The notes under the pieces are model-generated. The model did no database searches. It saw only the letters and a program-made list of their open reading frames with translations, and had not been told where the DNA came from. Position numbers and translations under genes: made by a program. Shown here in pieces: positions 12,371-31,260 of a stretch of DNA of 64,000 nt (position 1 is the first letter of the stretch; every line of letters starts with the position of its first letter). Source of the DNA: Octopus vulgaris (taxonomy: Eukaryota); the NCBI GenBank assembly GCA_951406725.2, contig OX597819.1:67456001-67520000 (forward strand), given 5' to 3'.

Positions 12371-12697
12371 GTCCACAACAAAAATCCAAATTGCATCACA
12401 TAATGACAATACGGCACAATTATTTCACCTCAATTGGACCCGCTCTCTTCAACATTACACCAGGACAAGTCAAAACAGAAACTGACCACACAAAATTCAA
12501 GAAGTCTTTGGACAAATTCCTTCAAACAGTCCCGGACAAACCACCCACACCCGGATATGTCTCCGCAAACAATAACTCTCTGCTCGAATGGGCCTTGGTG
12601 CCCAAATCCTGAATTGAAAGACTTCACCAGGTGGTGCTATTAAGTTAGACATGGCCTGGGCCAATACTGGCCAAAACCTTTCTAAGTTATTCTAAGT

Positions 12698-12699
<2 letters not shown>
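12371..12699 (+). mobile_element. 3' fragment of a third CR1-group LINE family
   Basis: Encodes ...GPALFNITP...[26 protein letters not shown]; tail CTAAGTTAT repeats; reverse complement of 16637-16956; embedded in (TA)n. Confidence 0.85.
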
Positions 12700-12779
<80 letters not shown>

Positions 12780-12865
12780 TATATATATATAGATAAATAG
12801 ATATATATATATATGCGTGTGTGTATAGATACATACACACATATATAGATATAAATATATATAAT

Positions 12866-17586
<4,721 letters not shown>

Positions 17587-17595
17587 TATATTTAT

Positions 17596-17926
<331 letters not shown>

Positions 17927-18047
17927 TATTATATATATTTATATCTATATATGTGTGTATGTATCTATACACACACGCATATATATATATCTATTTATCT
18001 ATCCATTTATATATATATATCTCACACTGTATACATGCATACTTGCA

Positions 18048-18104
<57 letters not shown>

Positions 18105-19399
18105 CACCGCTTTTGAGTATTATTTCGTCTCCCTTCTGTATTGTTTTCCGTAAAAATCGTATTGGACGGAACTTCTCTCCTTTGATATCGGTTTCATACG
18201 AGCTTCTTTCCCATTACATTTTTTTTTCAGCGAACCTTTCATAGAACAATTATTACGGCTAGAATAAACCCTTACAACTGTCCAGTGTTTCCAGTAAACC
18301 TTTAATGTCAGTTTATTAAACACCAGTTTCTTTCTAGTAAGGGCATGTGTCCTATCAATTAGAGCGTTGCACTCAATGATCCCGAGATCAAAGGTTCAAA
18401 TTCATCGACCGGATATTGCTTTGAGTTCTTGAGTACACACTTTATCTAACGCTGCTTTGTGAATATTCGAAACCTGACAGGTGTATTACACTTTACACAT
18501 GTTCAAACAGCCACTTTTTGATGGAAGTTTAAAGCTAATGTACTGCACAGACGTTTGATCTTTATAAGCAAATCCTTTGAACAGGTTGATCAACAAGAAA
18601 TTTTAGAACTATCTTTCTCACAATCCGCGTAACTAACACAAGATGCATCCAAATCATTTTCCCATTCTGTGTAAATATATAAGACACGCAACATTTAAAG
18701 TCGTATGTCCTGACTTTTGCTTACAAATATTTATTTTACTAATACCCCGCGCTACTGAGCTTACTATTTAGTTTATTTCTTCTACAAAGAAACTATAATC
18801 TCATTACTTCAGCAATGTAGTGAACGCCTTATATCAACTCTGTTGATATTTTCTCTTGTTTATTATGTCGCTTAGTAACAGATTAGAATAGCAAAACGCA
18901 TGAACGGAAGTGAGAGTTGAAACTGTGTTTTCTCAACAATCTAATATGATAAACATCCATTGATTCATTGATTTTCATTAGTTGGCTTTCTGTTTCATTG
19001 ACCATGCTCTTATAAAGTTTTATCTATTTCCTTGTCATTTTTTAAGGCAAAACACGCACACGTCATTAGGGAATTATTATCATCATCATCATCGTCGTCG
19101 TCCTCATCTTCGTCACCGTCGCGTCGTCGTCATCTTTAACGACCAGTTAAAATTATCTCGCTACTATTCAGTTTTCAACGCCATGGGACGAAAATGTTCC
19201 ACTTGAAAATTTGCGTAAAATGTGCGGCTTTTAAAACCTTAAGTGGCACTTCATCTGATTTGCTTCATAGATGCGGTCTCACATTGTGCAATTGTTAAGC
19301 GTTGTATATCGGTTGTATCTGAGGGAAACATGTGTAAAATAAGAAAAAATGTTGTAAAAGAAGGCAGGACGTAGACAATTGTAATACCAAATCAAATGA

Positions 19400-19720
19400 A
19401 GATAGAAGAAGAAGAGGAAAGAAGAAGAAGTAGAAGAAGAAGAAGAAGAAGAAGAAGAAGAAGAAGAAGAAGAAGAAGAAGAAGAAGAACGACGACAACA
19501 ACAACAACATTAACAAGAGAACGGAGAAGTAGAAGAAAAAGAGAACGAATGAGAAGAAGAGGAAGAATGAAAAGAAGAAAAAAAGAAGAGAAAGGGGAAG
19601 AAGAGTATGAATGAGAAGAATGAGAAGAATGAGAAGAAGAAGAAGAAGAAGAAGAAGAAGAAAAGAAGAAGAAGAAAACGAAGAAGAAGAAAACGAAGAA
19701 GAAGAAGAAGAAGAAGAAGA
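19400..19720. repeat. (GAA)n-rich polypurine tract
   Basis: Direct reading. Confidence 0.9.
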
Positions 19721-20299
19721 CAGATAAATTTAGCAGCCATACTGAGAAGTAATATTTATCGCAATATTAATATAGCTGTTTGACATTACAACCGCTTTAA
19801 CACAGGCTGATCGCCAACCCACCAGCTTGTTACTGATGCAACCTACACCCTGTATACATAGAAAGCAAGGGAGTGGACCCCTACCATCCTCTAGCAAATA
19901 TATAAAACAGAGGCAGTCAGAATTTTGGATAATTCTTTATTATCACTTTCCTCTCATACATGGAGATGTGTCTCCATAAATGAAACCAAAAGCGCGAATA
20001 AACAATTATCCAAAATTCTGACTACTTTTTTTCTTAATATATAAAATATGTACATCACTTCAAATAATCTACACACACAAACGCATATATATATATAAAC
20101 ATTTAGTAATATGTCTAGATGCTCTGGAAACAACTTGCACATGCAAGTGCTACCAGCCAAAAGCTCTGCATACTGGAAGCCAGCAAGTGTATAGGGTCAT
20201 CAAGAGAGAATGTGTGCCGTTTCGGCGCTTACCTCTCCACGGCATCTCTACACATCCCCCCTCCTCACTGATATGAAGCCCTGCTTGCTAGATCAACTG

Positions 20300-20730
20300 G
20301 CTATCAAATAAAGCTCAATATTCTTCTAGCCATCGCTCATCGTCTGTTTTTAACCAAATCCAGAAGCTAGCATTTTCCATTGTAGTTTGGATATCATTCA
20401 TGTTGGTGTTTACTTTACGATGAGTTAATGCTAACGAAAACAACAGTTGCCTCACACTGTGTCCAACGAATCCTCTACGTCCGACCTCAATTGGAAACGG
20501 TTCTGCATTCCAGCGTCTTTACATTCCTTGAGGAGGTTTACGTAACAGTCAATATTTCGAGCCCGAGCGGCGTCCATGTTATCTTCATGACAAACCGTTA
20601 ATTTGACTAAATTCACCACTTTCTGTTTTTTTTACATCTCATTATAATGCCCGTTTTTTCTTCGTAACTGAGATGGGAAAGCGTCCTTGGCACCCAGGTA
20701 AATCTGCAGCCAACTCCCAATAACCGTTCC
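20300..20730 (-). mobile_element. Degraded restriction-like-endonuclease domain of an R2-group (HERO-like) non-LTR element
   Basis: Manual translation with frameshifts: WELAADLPG...FP, HEDNMDAARAR...YVNLLKECKDAG, FPIEVGRRGFVGHSV. Confidence 0.55.
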
Positions 20731-22223
20731 AAATTTTATCTTTCACATGAAGTTTCTTCTTCTTGAAACGGATCTGCTGTAATGAAATCTCTGGTTGTTT
20801 CCCTCAATGTTTCTTTTTTTCTTTTCCACTGTAGATGAGACCAATTTGGTTCTTTATAAAATTGACGATAACCTATAAAGTATAAAAGTTTCGAGTATCT
20901 TTTATCGTATTTGAATAAAATATCACTTTATTTAGCAGGAAATGCAAGTATGAAAATGTAGCATTTAACAGTTTTGATAAATGTGTTTTAGTTAATGATA
21001 TAAATGGCAGTGAGGTTACGAAGCATACTTTGTAACCACTTGAATTTTGTCAGTGAACAGGTCGCGATCTCAAAGCGACGAAAATATTTTGGCAAATTAA
21101 TTTTAAATGTTGAAGTGAATCTAACGATTTTGTGTGTTTTAAATGGCTTATAAACATCTTCCACGCTGCAATTGTTTTCGTTCCAGCACACAATCTCAGA
21201 TCAAGTCGCTTGCTAAGCAAGTTCATCTCCGTAATATATATATATATATATATATATATACGTGCATAAAAGCTACGTGTGAGTGTAGGTGTGTGTGTGT
21301 GTGTGTGTAATTATGAAAATACAAGTATCTAAGTGTAGGAAGTTTGTAATCTTCGAGCGGTCCGTAGTAGGTATAAAATATACGTTCAGGAACAATAGAA
21401 ATTTTCTGTCATCGAAGGTTGTAGGCTTTCCTCGTATCGAAGAATAATTACACGCACACACACCTACACACAGTATAAAAGACAATGCTAACCGCGGCGG
21501 AATTTAAACTCGTTACGTAAAGAGGGACCAAATGACGCTCGATATTTAGCCGTGTGTGCTAACCATTCTACAAGCTCTCTGCTTTTGTAACAAGGAAAAT
21601 ATAAAAACTAATATTAAGAAGATTGATGTGGCATGATTAGGATATGGTATATTTGCGTCAACACGTTTGTATATAACACGAAATATTAGTATAACAACGG
21701 TATGTAATAACCAGAACAACTTTTCTGTTACAGCTGTGCGTTATATTAAAGTAGCATCGTTGGCCTGTAAATATATGGCGATTTAGCACCTGTATAACAT
21801 TTTACAGTAGAGAATGGAGGTTCGTCTTGATGTGAACCAAAGAAACGTATCATGAATAACGTATACTTTGATACAATCGGAATGAATTTTAAATCTGAAC
21901 GCAAAATTTGTTCAGTAATATTACGTTCAACATAGATTGTGCCCTGAGGCAGTTATAAATGTGTACAAGCGCACATACGTCACACACGTACACATATACA
22001 CCACACAAACACACAAACACATACACGCATATTAACAGCCCCCCCCCCACACACATATATATATATATATATACACATACATATTTATGACGAAATGTAA
22101 TTTCATATGTACTTTAAGAAAATATTTTTGAAATTATTATTTAAACTGCATTTTTCACCTCCATTACCTTTCCGTATTCTTCTAATCGTGTGTATAAAAC
22201 ACAACAGCCTATCTTTATATGTT

Positions 22224-22283
<60 letters not shown>

Positions 22284-22370
22284 TGAATCTCTATGCGTAT
22301 GTTTATTTGTGTTTATATATGTGCGTGTGAATATATATATATATACACATATATATCAATATATCAATAT

Positions 22371-22446
<76 letters not shown>

Positions 22447-22480
22447 ATATATATATATATATGTTACAAAAAGAAAATAT

Positions 22481-22725
22481 AAAATATGTGGTAAAGTTTA
22501 TATTGGACAAACAGGAATTTCGCTCCGTCAAAGAATCACCATTCACAAAGAGCCCATCCGTCACCCACAATACAGACAGTTAAAGGTGAGTGAACGCATA
22601 GAAAAGTGTACCAGGAATCTTAATCCCAATTTCCAAATATTTCCCTTTTACCAATGTTCACACAACACCTCAATGCAACAAAGAGGCATTTTTCATCAAT
22701 AACATTCTCCCCCAACTAAATATGA
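22481..22725 (+). mobile_element. Penelope-like GIY-YIG endonuclease fragment (absent from the ORF track)
   Basis: Frame from 22481 reads [43 protein letters not shown]...FQIFPFYQC, then EAFFIN after a shift; follows a (TA)n tract. Confidence 0.8.
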
Positions 22726-23125
22726 ACACACAACTCAATACAGAACACCACTAACTCTTCAATTGAAACCACTAACCCTTATACACTTCCTACACTACTC
22801 ACATCTCTAAATTCAGAACTACTTACTTCCTTTACAAATAATCCAGAACTACTTACCTCCCTTACAAATAATCTTTTTTTCTCAGGAACTATTAGACCTA
22901 ACACCGTGTATTAGCCGGTGTTGTTGAAACGATGAATAGTTTGCGTAAACCATGGTCTGTTTTGTTCTCTTACTTTATTATCATCTTATAATCATCTCAT
23001 AATAATGACTTTTATGACTCGTATTACTACCTCAGTAAATCTACATGTATATATTTGTCGTTACCTGTCATAAATAGCCTCTTTTTACTTCCAATGTGCC
23101 TTTTCGTTGATTTTTCATATTTTAT

Positions 23126-23180
<55 letters not shown>

Positions 23181-23317
23181 GTGTACATTTAAACACAAAA
23201 AGAGGTGACCCTTAACAGGCCGCCTTACAAACTAGAAGGAGCAATGAAATCGTCAAATCCGCAGTTAAAAGCAATTTCGAAGTAAATGAAAAATAAAAAC
23301 CTTTACCATGGTTTTAC

Positions 23318-23390
23318 AGCCAGACCTGAGTTTCGAACTTTATTTAGCAAGTAAAATGATTTGCTAGGCGAAGTCCTCATCAGAGAGTAC
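23318..23390 (-). ncRNA. Hammerhead-like motif; intact core, degenerate stem I
   Basis: Minus strand: CUGAUGA-GGACUU...(UAGCAA/UUGCUA)...AAGUUC-GAAA-CUCAGG-UC. Confidence 0.45.
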
Positions 23391-23421
23391 GCCAAAACTT
23401 AACATATAATTTAGAGACAAT

Positions 23422-23480
<59 letters not shown>

Positions 23481-23609
23481 GTGTAAAGTGGGAGTCTGTG
23501 TGGCAGTAGATGAGAGAGAAGGTGTGTGTGTGTGTGTGCACTGAATTCCTACAATTTTTCAGTGATAGTATCGAAGGATATTTTCCTGATATATGCGCGC
23601 ATAATTCAT

Positions 23610-23960
23610 TTTTACTCTAGGCTGAAGGCCTGAAATTTGGGGGGGAGGAGGCAGTCAATTAAATCGTCTCCATTACACAACTGGTACTAAATTTAACGAC
23701 CCCGAAAGTGTGAAAGGCAAAGTCAATCTCGGCGGAATTTTGAAGTCAGAACGTAAAGACTGACGAAATGCCGCCAAGCCTTTCTCCCGGAGTGCTAACG
23801 TTTCTTCCAGTGCGCCGTCCTAAACTGAAATTTTCTTTTCTACTCTAGGCACAAGGCGTGAAATATTTGGAGAGGCTGCCAGTCGATTATATCGACCACA
23901 GTACGCATCTGGTGCTTAATTTATCGACCTGAAAGGATGAAAGGTAAAGGCGACCTCGTA
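23610..23960 (-). mobile_element. Two tandem SINE family A copies (second partial)
   Basis: GGTACTAAATTTAACGACCCCGAAAG...AAAGGCAAAGTC, seen twice. Confidence 0.75.
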
Positions 23961-24092
23961 AGAAATAAGCATGCACAAGTGCTCAGAGAATCCAAAGATT
24001 TTAAGACAATTTATTATTATTACTCTAATAACATAGACGCTGATTTTTTGATATACGGAATCTCTACAAGGGATGGCTAACCCTGATCACAT

Positions 24093-24151
<59 letters not shown>

Positions 24152-24818
24152 CTTTTTCGAGTACTCAACTGAAGAGAGAGTCAATATATTCAATAACTAT
24201 ACATTTATGTTTCTATATGCTTATAATTGAAAGAATTCTGTGAGTCTCTCTTTCTCTCTCTTCCTGGGCCTTCATGTGCATGCATTTCCTTCGCCAATAA
24301 CCTCTTGTGACACCGAGTTATATCCAAGCTGAATGACACAGATATCAATGTGAAATCAACCATCATTCGTAAATAGATAGGGAGGACGTTTTATATGCTA
24401 AAGTATTATTTGAAACATCTGTATTCCACTTCAACAAAAATTTTCTCCATCGAGTCATTTGTGGCGCGAATGGAGGTGCATGTAAGCTAAACAGCATTAA
24501 ACACAGGTGATACCAATACACAAAATGAATACCAAAATAATCTATTTCAAGTTCGGCAAGATTTTGTTTTCGTTTTGACTCTGCATAGGAAAACTTCAAC
24601 AGCATTCTGTTTATATTTTTCATTATGAAAAACGTTCACACAAATATTGCTATATACATACGTAAGAATTAAATGCTATTTCATGAAGGTCTGAGAGCAT
24701 CATATTGGCTAAGTTTTCATATGGTACGAATCTAAGCTCGACCTGCTAGAAAGAGTAAAAATATTACTTATACATGAGCTATATGCACGCACAGACACAC
24801 ACAGACACACACACACAA

Positions 24819-24864
<46 letters not shown>

Positions 24865-25263
24865 GAATATACGTATATATATATATGTGCGTAAAGGCAT
24901 GTTTGTGTAAGTATATATGTGTGTATATATAATGTATATATATGGATATACATACATATATACATGCATACAAACATACATACATACAAACATACATACA
25001 TACATACATACATACATACATACATACCTACATACATACATACATACATACATACATACATTCATGATACATACATACTGAGGTATGTATGTATGTACCC
25101 ATTATATCTGCATGGTTATATACTGTATAGAGTTTGTGAAATTAAGTACAACTCAAAATATAAGCCAATCAGATTTCTTTAGGGATGGACGTTTGCGATT
25201 CCACAACTGAAATTTGAAAATATAATCGTGAAAATCGGTTTATGCTCGAATTTCATGTTCTAA

Positions 25264-25304
<41 letters not shown>

Positions 25305-26527
25305 CACACGCACTTATCCGTATGAAAGTAAGTGTGTGTGATTTATGTATATTATGTATATTACATCTACGTATATATTTATAAATGTTTGTATATGTAT
25401 ATGCTATGTGAAATTGTATTTCATTGATTGTCTTCTAACATTGCCAATTCTTTTCCATGGTAAGTTTGATGGAATGGAGTGTGTCATATATTGCTTATGC
25501 ATGAATATCACTGACTTTTATTGATGTATATTCCTCTGAAATCCTTACAATTTATATATACCTATAAACCATTTATATGCGTAAATGGCTGTTTCTACTT
25601 CTTTGAGTCTTAGCAATAACATATTTAGTAACCAACATATATATCTTTGATTTGGGATCTACAGAATGAAAGGAGAATTTATTTAAGTAAAGAGAATAGT
25701 CATTATCATATAAATGAATCTGATTAGGTATCTTTTGTAAATGATGTATTTCTTCTGATGAATGGGAGAAGCAGTGGAAAGTGATCGAAAGTTACATTGA
25801 TAAAACCGAACCTATTTCAATTACTTCACTCACCTGAAAATGTCCGTTTCAACTGCAGCGAAATGTAGCTGTCGAACATGTAGCAATTTACATGTTTATA
25901 AAGAAACGTTAAATTCTACCAATATTTGAATGATAGGCTATCCTTCTACACATTCCTGCGGGGTTGGTATGCTGTATACTCGATCACGTATACAATGGCG
26001 TCAACCATGAAAGTTCAGAGAGATTTTCAGGCAGATCACTTTTGAACCACCTGGAATTGTTATTTCTTTGACGACTTATCACTGTTGTGATAGGGACACA
26101 CTTTCTGCCATATTTTAGTTACGGTTAGTGAAGCAAAGTTTTGCTGACAGGATGGAATATTTTTAATAAGCCGATATATGAGTCGGAGAGCCTCTGTGCG
26201 TGTCTATGAAAAGTAATTGCCTCAATGAATCCAATTGTATTCGTGTGTGTATAAATATGTAGCTAACATGGTTCTTTGAAAAATGCATTCCTACCTGTTT
26301 AAATTATATGCATGGTTGTACTATTCGGTCCTGTTACATTATATTTGTCATCATCCTGCTCCGGCATTTTCCATGTAATTTATATTCATTGGATCATTCA
26401 AAAGGATGCCCATCGGAAAGGAAACGTGCATTTCGTAAAACAGCATATTGTATAAATAGTTTACTTCTCAGTATATATGCATATACCACGAGGTGTTAAG
26501 GTTCATTCGCACAAACTTATATACATA

Positions 26528-26930
26528 GGCGCAGGAGTAGTTGTGTGTTAAGGAACTTGCTTACTATCTACATGTTTCTGGGTTCAGTCCCACTGCGTGG
26601 CATCTTGATCAAGTGTCTTCTACTATAGCTTCGTGAGTGGATTTGGTAGACGGAAACTGAATCCCGTCATATATTGCGTGTGTGTTTGTGTGTGTGTATG
26701 TGTGTGTGTGTGTGTGTGTGTGTCTCTGTGTCTGTTTCTCCCCCAACTTAGCTTGACAACCCATGCTGGTGTGTTTACGTTCCTGTAACTTAATGTTTCG
26801 GCACAAGAGGGTGATGGAATAAGTATTAGACTTACAAAGAATAAGTCCTGGGGTTGATTTGCTCGACTAAAGGCGGTGCTCCAGCGGAGACGCAGTCAAA
26901 TGACTGAAACAAGTAAAAGAATAGAAGAAT
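26528..26930 (+). mobile_element. tRNA-derived SINE, family B (CORE-like), with internal (GT)n and CR1-type tail
   Basis: Head GGCGCAGGAGT..., B box GGTTCAGTCCC, CTTG..CAAGT core-like motif, tail GGCGGTGCTCCAGC...CAGTCAAATGACTGAAACAAGTAAAAGA. Confidence 0.8.
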
Positions 26931-27009
26931 GTATATACTTCTGTTTATATGTTTATATACGCACACGACTTAACGGTTTTTTAAAATGTATATATGTGCG
27001 TGAAAAGTA

Positions 27010-27350
27010 GAGGCGCAATGGCCCAATGATTAGGAGAGCGGACTCGCGGTCGTACAATCGTGGTTTTGATTCCCAGACTGGGCTTTGTAAGTTTTTATTG
27101 AGCGAAAATTAATAAAACTCCACGAGACTCCGGCAGAGGGAGGTGGTGAACCCTGCTCTATTCTTTCAACACAACTTCCTCCCACTCGTTCTTCTTATTT
27201 CTGTTGTACCTGTATTTCAAAGGGCCAGTCACACTGTCACGCTGAATCTCCCCTAAAACTACGTTAAGAGTACACGTTAATTTCACGAGCAGGCTGCTCC
27301 GTTGATCAGATCAACTGGAACACTCATCGTCGTAACCGACGGTCCCACGA
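27010..27350 (+). mobile_element. tRNA-derived SINE, family C
   Basis: GAGGCGCAATGGCCCAATGATTAGG...GGTTTTGATTCCC; homologous to 34415-34685 (-) and 58075-58232 (-). Confidence 0.75.
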
Positions 27351-28023
27351 TGACGACGATATGTCTGAATATTTTTATATGTCGGCTTTCAATAAGGGGA
27401 GAATATTCCATATATAGTTAGACAGTATTACTTTGTGATAAATCGTTCTTATGATACATTACTCAAGCTACTTAATCTTAGCCAAAATTACGGCGTTGGT
27501 GCTGGAGGCAAAGTGGCTGGCGCGTTTCCTAACCAGACCCCGCTCATAATACTCCTCTGCATTTGGGAGACTAAGGGGACCGGTAACTGAAGCAAGTGAA
27601 GTCCTAGAAATTCGCTGATAACTACCTCCATCAACTTCACATATCCTAAAGCCATGTGACAGGATGACACGACTCTCACTGGAAACACAACAAAACACCA
27701 TCGCAGTTTAGGGAATCTTGGTTTTATGACATCCATGTCGTTTCTTCCCCTCATTAGTGGGTCCAAACTGTATTGATTATGTCATGGTGTCGGCTGATTG
27801 ATACCCGTATTCCAGTCGTCTATGTCAGATATATTTTTCTCAAACACAATCTTATTCTTTGTGATCGCCAACGAATTGATTCTTCAGCAGTGCATTAAGC
27901 TGTTTCGGAAAAATGAAGGCATAAAATTCCTCAAAGTTAACCTGAAAAACCTTGTACATATGAAATATAATAAAATTGATGTATACATATATTGAGTTCT
28001 GTTTTCAATTTCGTATCTTCGAA

Positions 28024-28057
<34 letters not shown>

Positions 28058-28062
<5 letters not shown>

Positions 28063-28746
28063 AATATAAGGGTAGCAAAAAATTCAAGAAAAAATTCTCC
28101 GCTACCAGCGGTCTAGTGAGAAAGAAAAAATAGTCAAAGACTATATAATATACATTCAACAATATAAGGAATGGCCATATAGAACATTCGACTCACTAGA
28201 AAGAGCAGCCAACCTCAAACCGCTAAATAGTTGTAATTCTGAAATAGAAAGAGAAATAAAAACCTTTACCCCTTTCATCTCTGGACTATGCATAGCTTCG
28301 GCAAACTTAGGCTAATGAATTAATTAAATTAAATTAATTTCATTTACATCTGGCGTGCCTCGTCAGCAGAGAGCCTAGGACGAGTATATGTCCACGAGGC
28401 TTTGGTAAAGAAGCCTTCAGTACATATGCTCTAAATTTTCAAAATTCTACCGCGATCGCGCGGTCAACTCAGCAGCAAGTTTAAACTGCTGATTTAATTT
28501 CAAAATTATCCAAAAAATCATTAATTAATAAATATAAGGGTAGCAAAAAATTCAAGAAAAAATTCTCCGCTACCAGCGGTCTAGTGAGAAAGAAAAAAAA
28601 ATAGTCAAAGACTATATAATATACATTCAACAATATAAGGAATGGCCATATAGGACAACAATTTCAGAATTAAAACTATTTAGCGGTTTGAGGTTGGCTG
28701 CTCTTCCTAGTGAGTCGAATGTCTTATATGGCCATTCCTTATATTG

Positions 28747-28752
<6 letters not shown>
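28058..28752 (-). mobile_element. Non-coding partial-tandem plus inverted repeat (468-bp period) carrying a hammerhead motif; Penelope pLTR/retrozyme-like
   Basis: Direct repeat 28058-28182 = 28526-28653; 28661-28752 is the reverse complement of 28154-28245; (TA)n on both flanks. Confidence 0.7.
28278..28372 (-). ncRNA. Type I hammerhead ribozyme motif (GAAG variant)
   Basis: Minus strand: stem I UCUCUG/CAGAGA, CUGACGA, stem II GGCA...UGCC with a long AU-rich insert, GAAG, palindromic stem III CUAUGCAUAG, cleavage triplet GUC. Confidence 0.65.
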
Positions 28753-28797
<45 letters not shown>

Positions 28798-28987
28798 GTA
28801 AGGTCCCGGGCTACATATCTTTCATAGGTAGCAGAAACTCAGAAATGGTAAATATACAAGCGAGGTGTACACCGCAGGCTAATCCTCAGAATAATAAACC
28901 ACTATTGTCCCTAAAAGTTGTTTTTTACATTAACTAGGCATTGTCTGAAACTAACTTTCTTCCGACACCTAGATCGTTGGGTCTTAC

Positions 28988-29800
<813 letters not shown>

Positions 29801-29834
29801 CAACATACACAATCTTACTCACCATTACACACAC

Positions 29835-29867
<33 letters not shown>

Positions 29868-29959
29868 TAGATACCTATATACATACACATACCCATATAT
29901 ACATGTACATAGTGTGTGCGTGTGTATATATATATATATATATATACACGCCCATAAGA

Positions 29960-30230
29960 ATCCCGTCGTATATTTATATATATGTGTGTGTGTGTGCGCG
30001 CGCGCACGTTTGTGTGTTTGTGTGTCTGTGTTTTTCCCCCCATCATCACTTGACAACCGATGCTGGTGTATTTGCGTCCCCGTCACTTAGCGGTTCGGCA
30101 AGAGAGATCGATAGAATAAGTACTAGGCTTACCAGGATTAAGTCCTCGGGTCTATTTGCTCCACTAAAGGCGGTGCTGTAGCATGGTCGCAGTCAAATGA
30201 GTGAAACAAATAAAAGAAAAACAAAGAAAT
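29960..30230 (+). mobile_element. SINE family B, 3' half
   Basis: CTTGACAACCGATGCTGGTG...GGCGGTGCTGTAGCATGGTCGCAGTCAAATGA tail. Confidence 0.75.
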
Positions 30231-30974
30231 ATATATAGAGAGAGAGAGACAGACATACAGTCAGACAGACAGTCAGACAGACAGACAAGCGAAGTAAGTC
30301 AGGCACATGTTTGGGAAATTTATTTGTTCATATTTCTAAATACATCAAAATATTCTTCATATACTCTTTCCATAAAATGACTTCATTTTCAGGTAAAATT
30401 CCTTTTTAACCTTATTGCATTAATATCGGACATACAATGTACATATAGAAACATACAATATTACATTTAATTATGTGTATCTGTCTATTAGCTACATGCT
30501 TTTAACCCGTGTAAATACATCGTTAAATTTGGGTGTGGCGGGTATTATTTTAATGGATTTTCCGCCCACGATGTACATAAATAATAGACAAGAATATTTA
30601 TTAGTTTATTGTCATTGATATCAAACCTAGAAAAGCCCATTTTAGTACGCAGTGTAGAACAGTTTGAGGTATACCTATCAATCCATGATTTCTATTGATG
30701 AAAATGTATTTAATTACTGCACAATAAAACAAATTACCGAATCTCGTAAATAACATTATCTGCAGCATGTACTTCAGAATCTAAAATAAACATTATTATA
30801 TGTAATAAACCTCATATATATTGATAAAATGAAGATGTAGCACTAACAACTGGGTATATGCTGCTTCCCAATATGGATTTGAAGACCTTTGTGAAGACGA
30901 GTCTTAAAGAACAACTGCTTTCTTCTAATATTGGTTTAAATTTTTAGCACATGGTCTGCAATTTTATGGGGTGG

Positions 30975-31260
30975 GAAACCAGTCGATTCCATCGGCATCA
31001 GTGTTCAACCGGTACTTATTTTATCGACCCCGAAAAGCTTAAGGGCAAAGTCGACCGTGGCAGGATTTGAACTGAGAACTTAAAGATGGATGAAGTGCTG
31101 CCACGCATTTTGTCTTAGAATTCTGCCAACTCACCACTCTTGAATTTCTTCCAATACTACCGGCATATCGTCCCTCTTTCCGTTCTGAGTTCAAATTCCA
31201 CTAAAGTAGACTTTTCCTTTGATCGTTTCGGGGTCGATAAAATGAGTACCATTTCAACTC
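30975..31260. mobile_element. Two degraded SINE family A copies in opposite orientation
   Basis: TTATCGACCCCGAAA (-) near 31025 and TTTCGGGGTCGATAAAATGAGTACC (+) near 31230. Confidence 0.65.

Noticed and set aside
25755-25800. CTGATGA...CGAAA spacing
   Set aside because: No pairing for stems I-III.
30380-30398. TTTTCAG|GTAAA recursive-splice-like motif (also near 33880)
   Set aside because: Expected by chance in AT-rich DNA; no transcript evidence.
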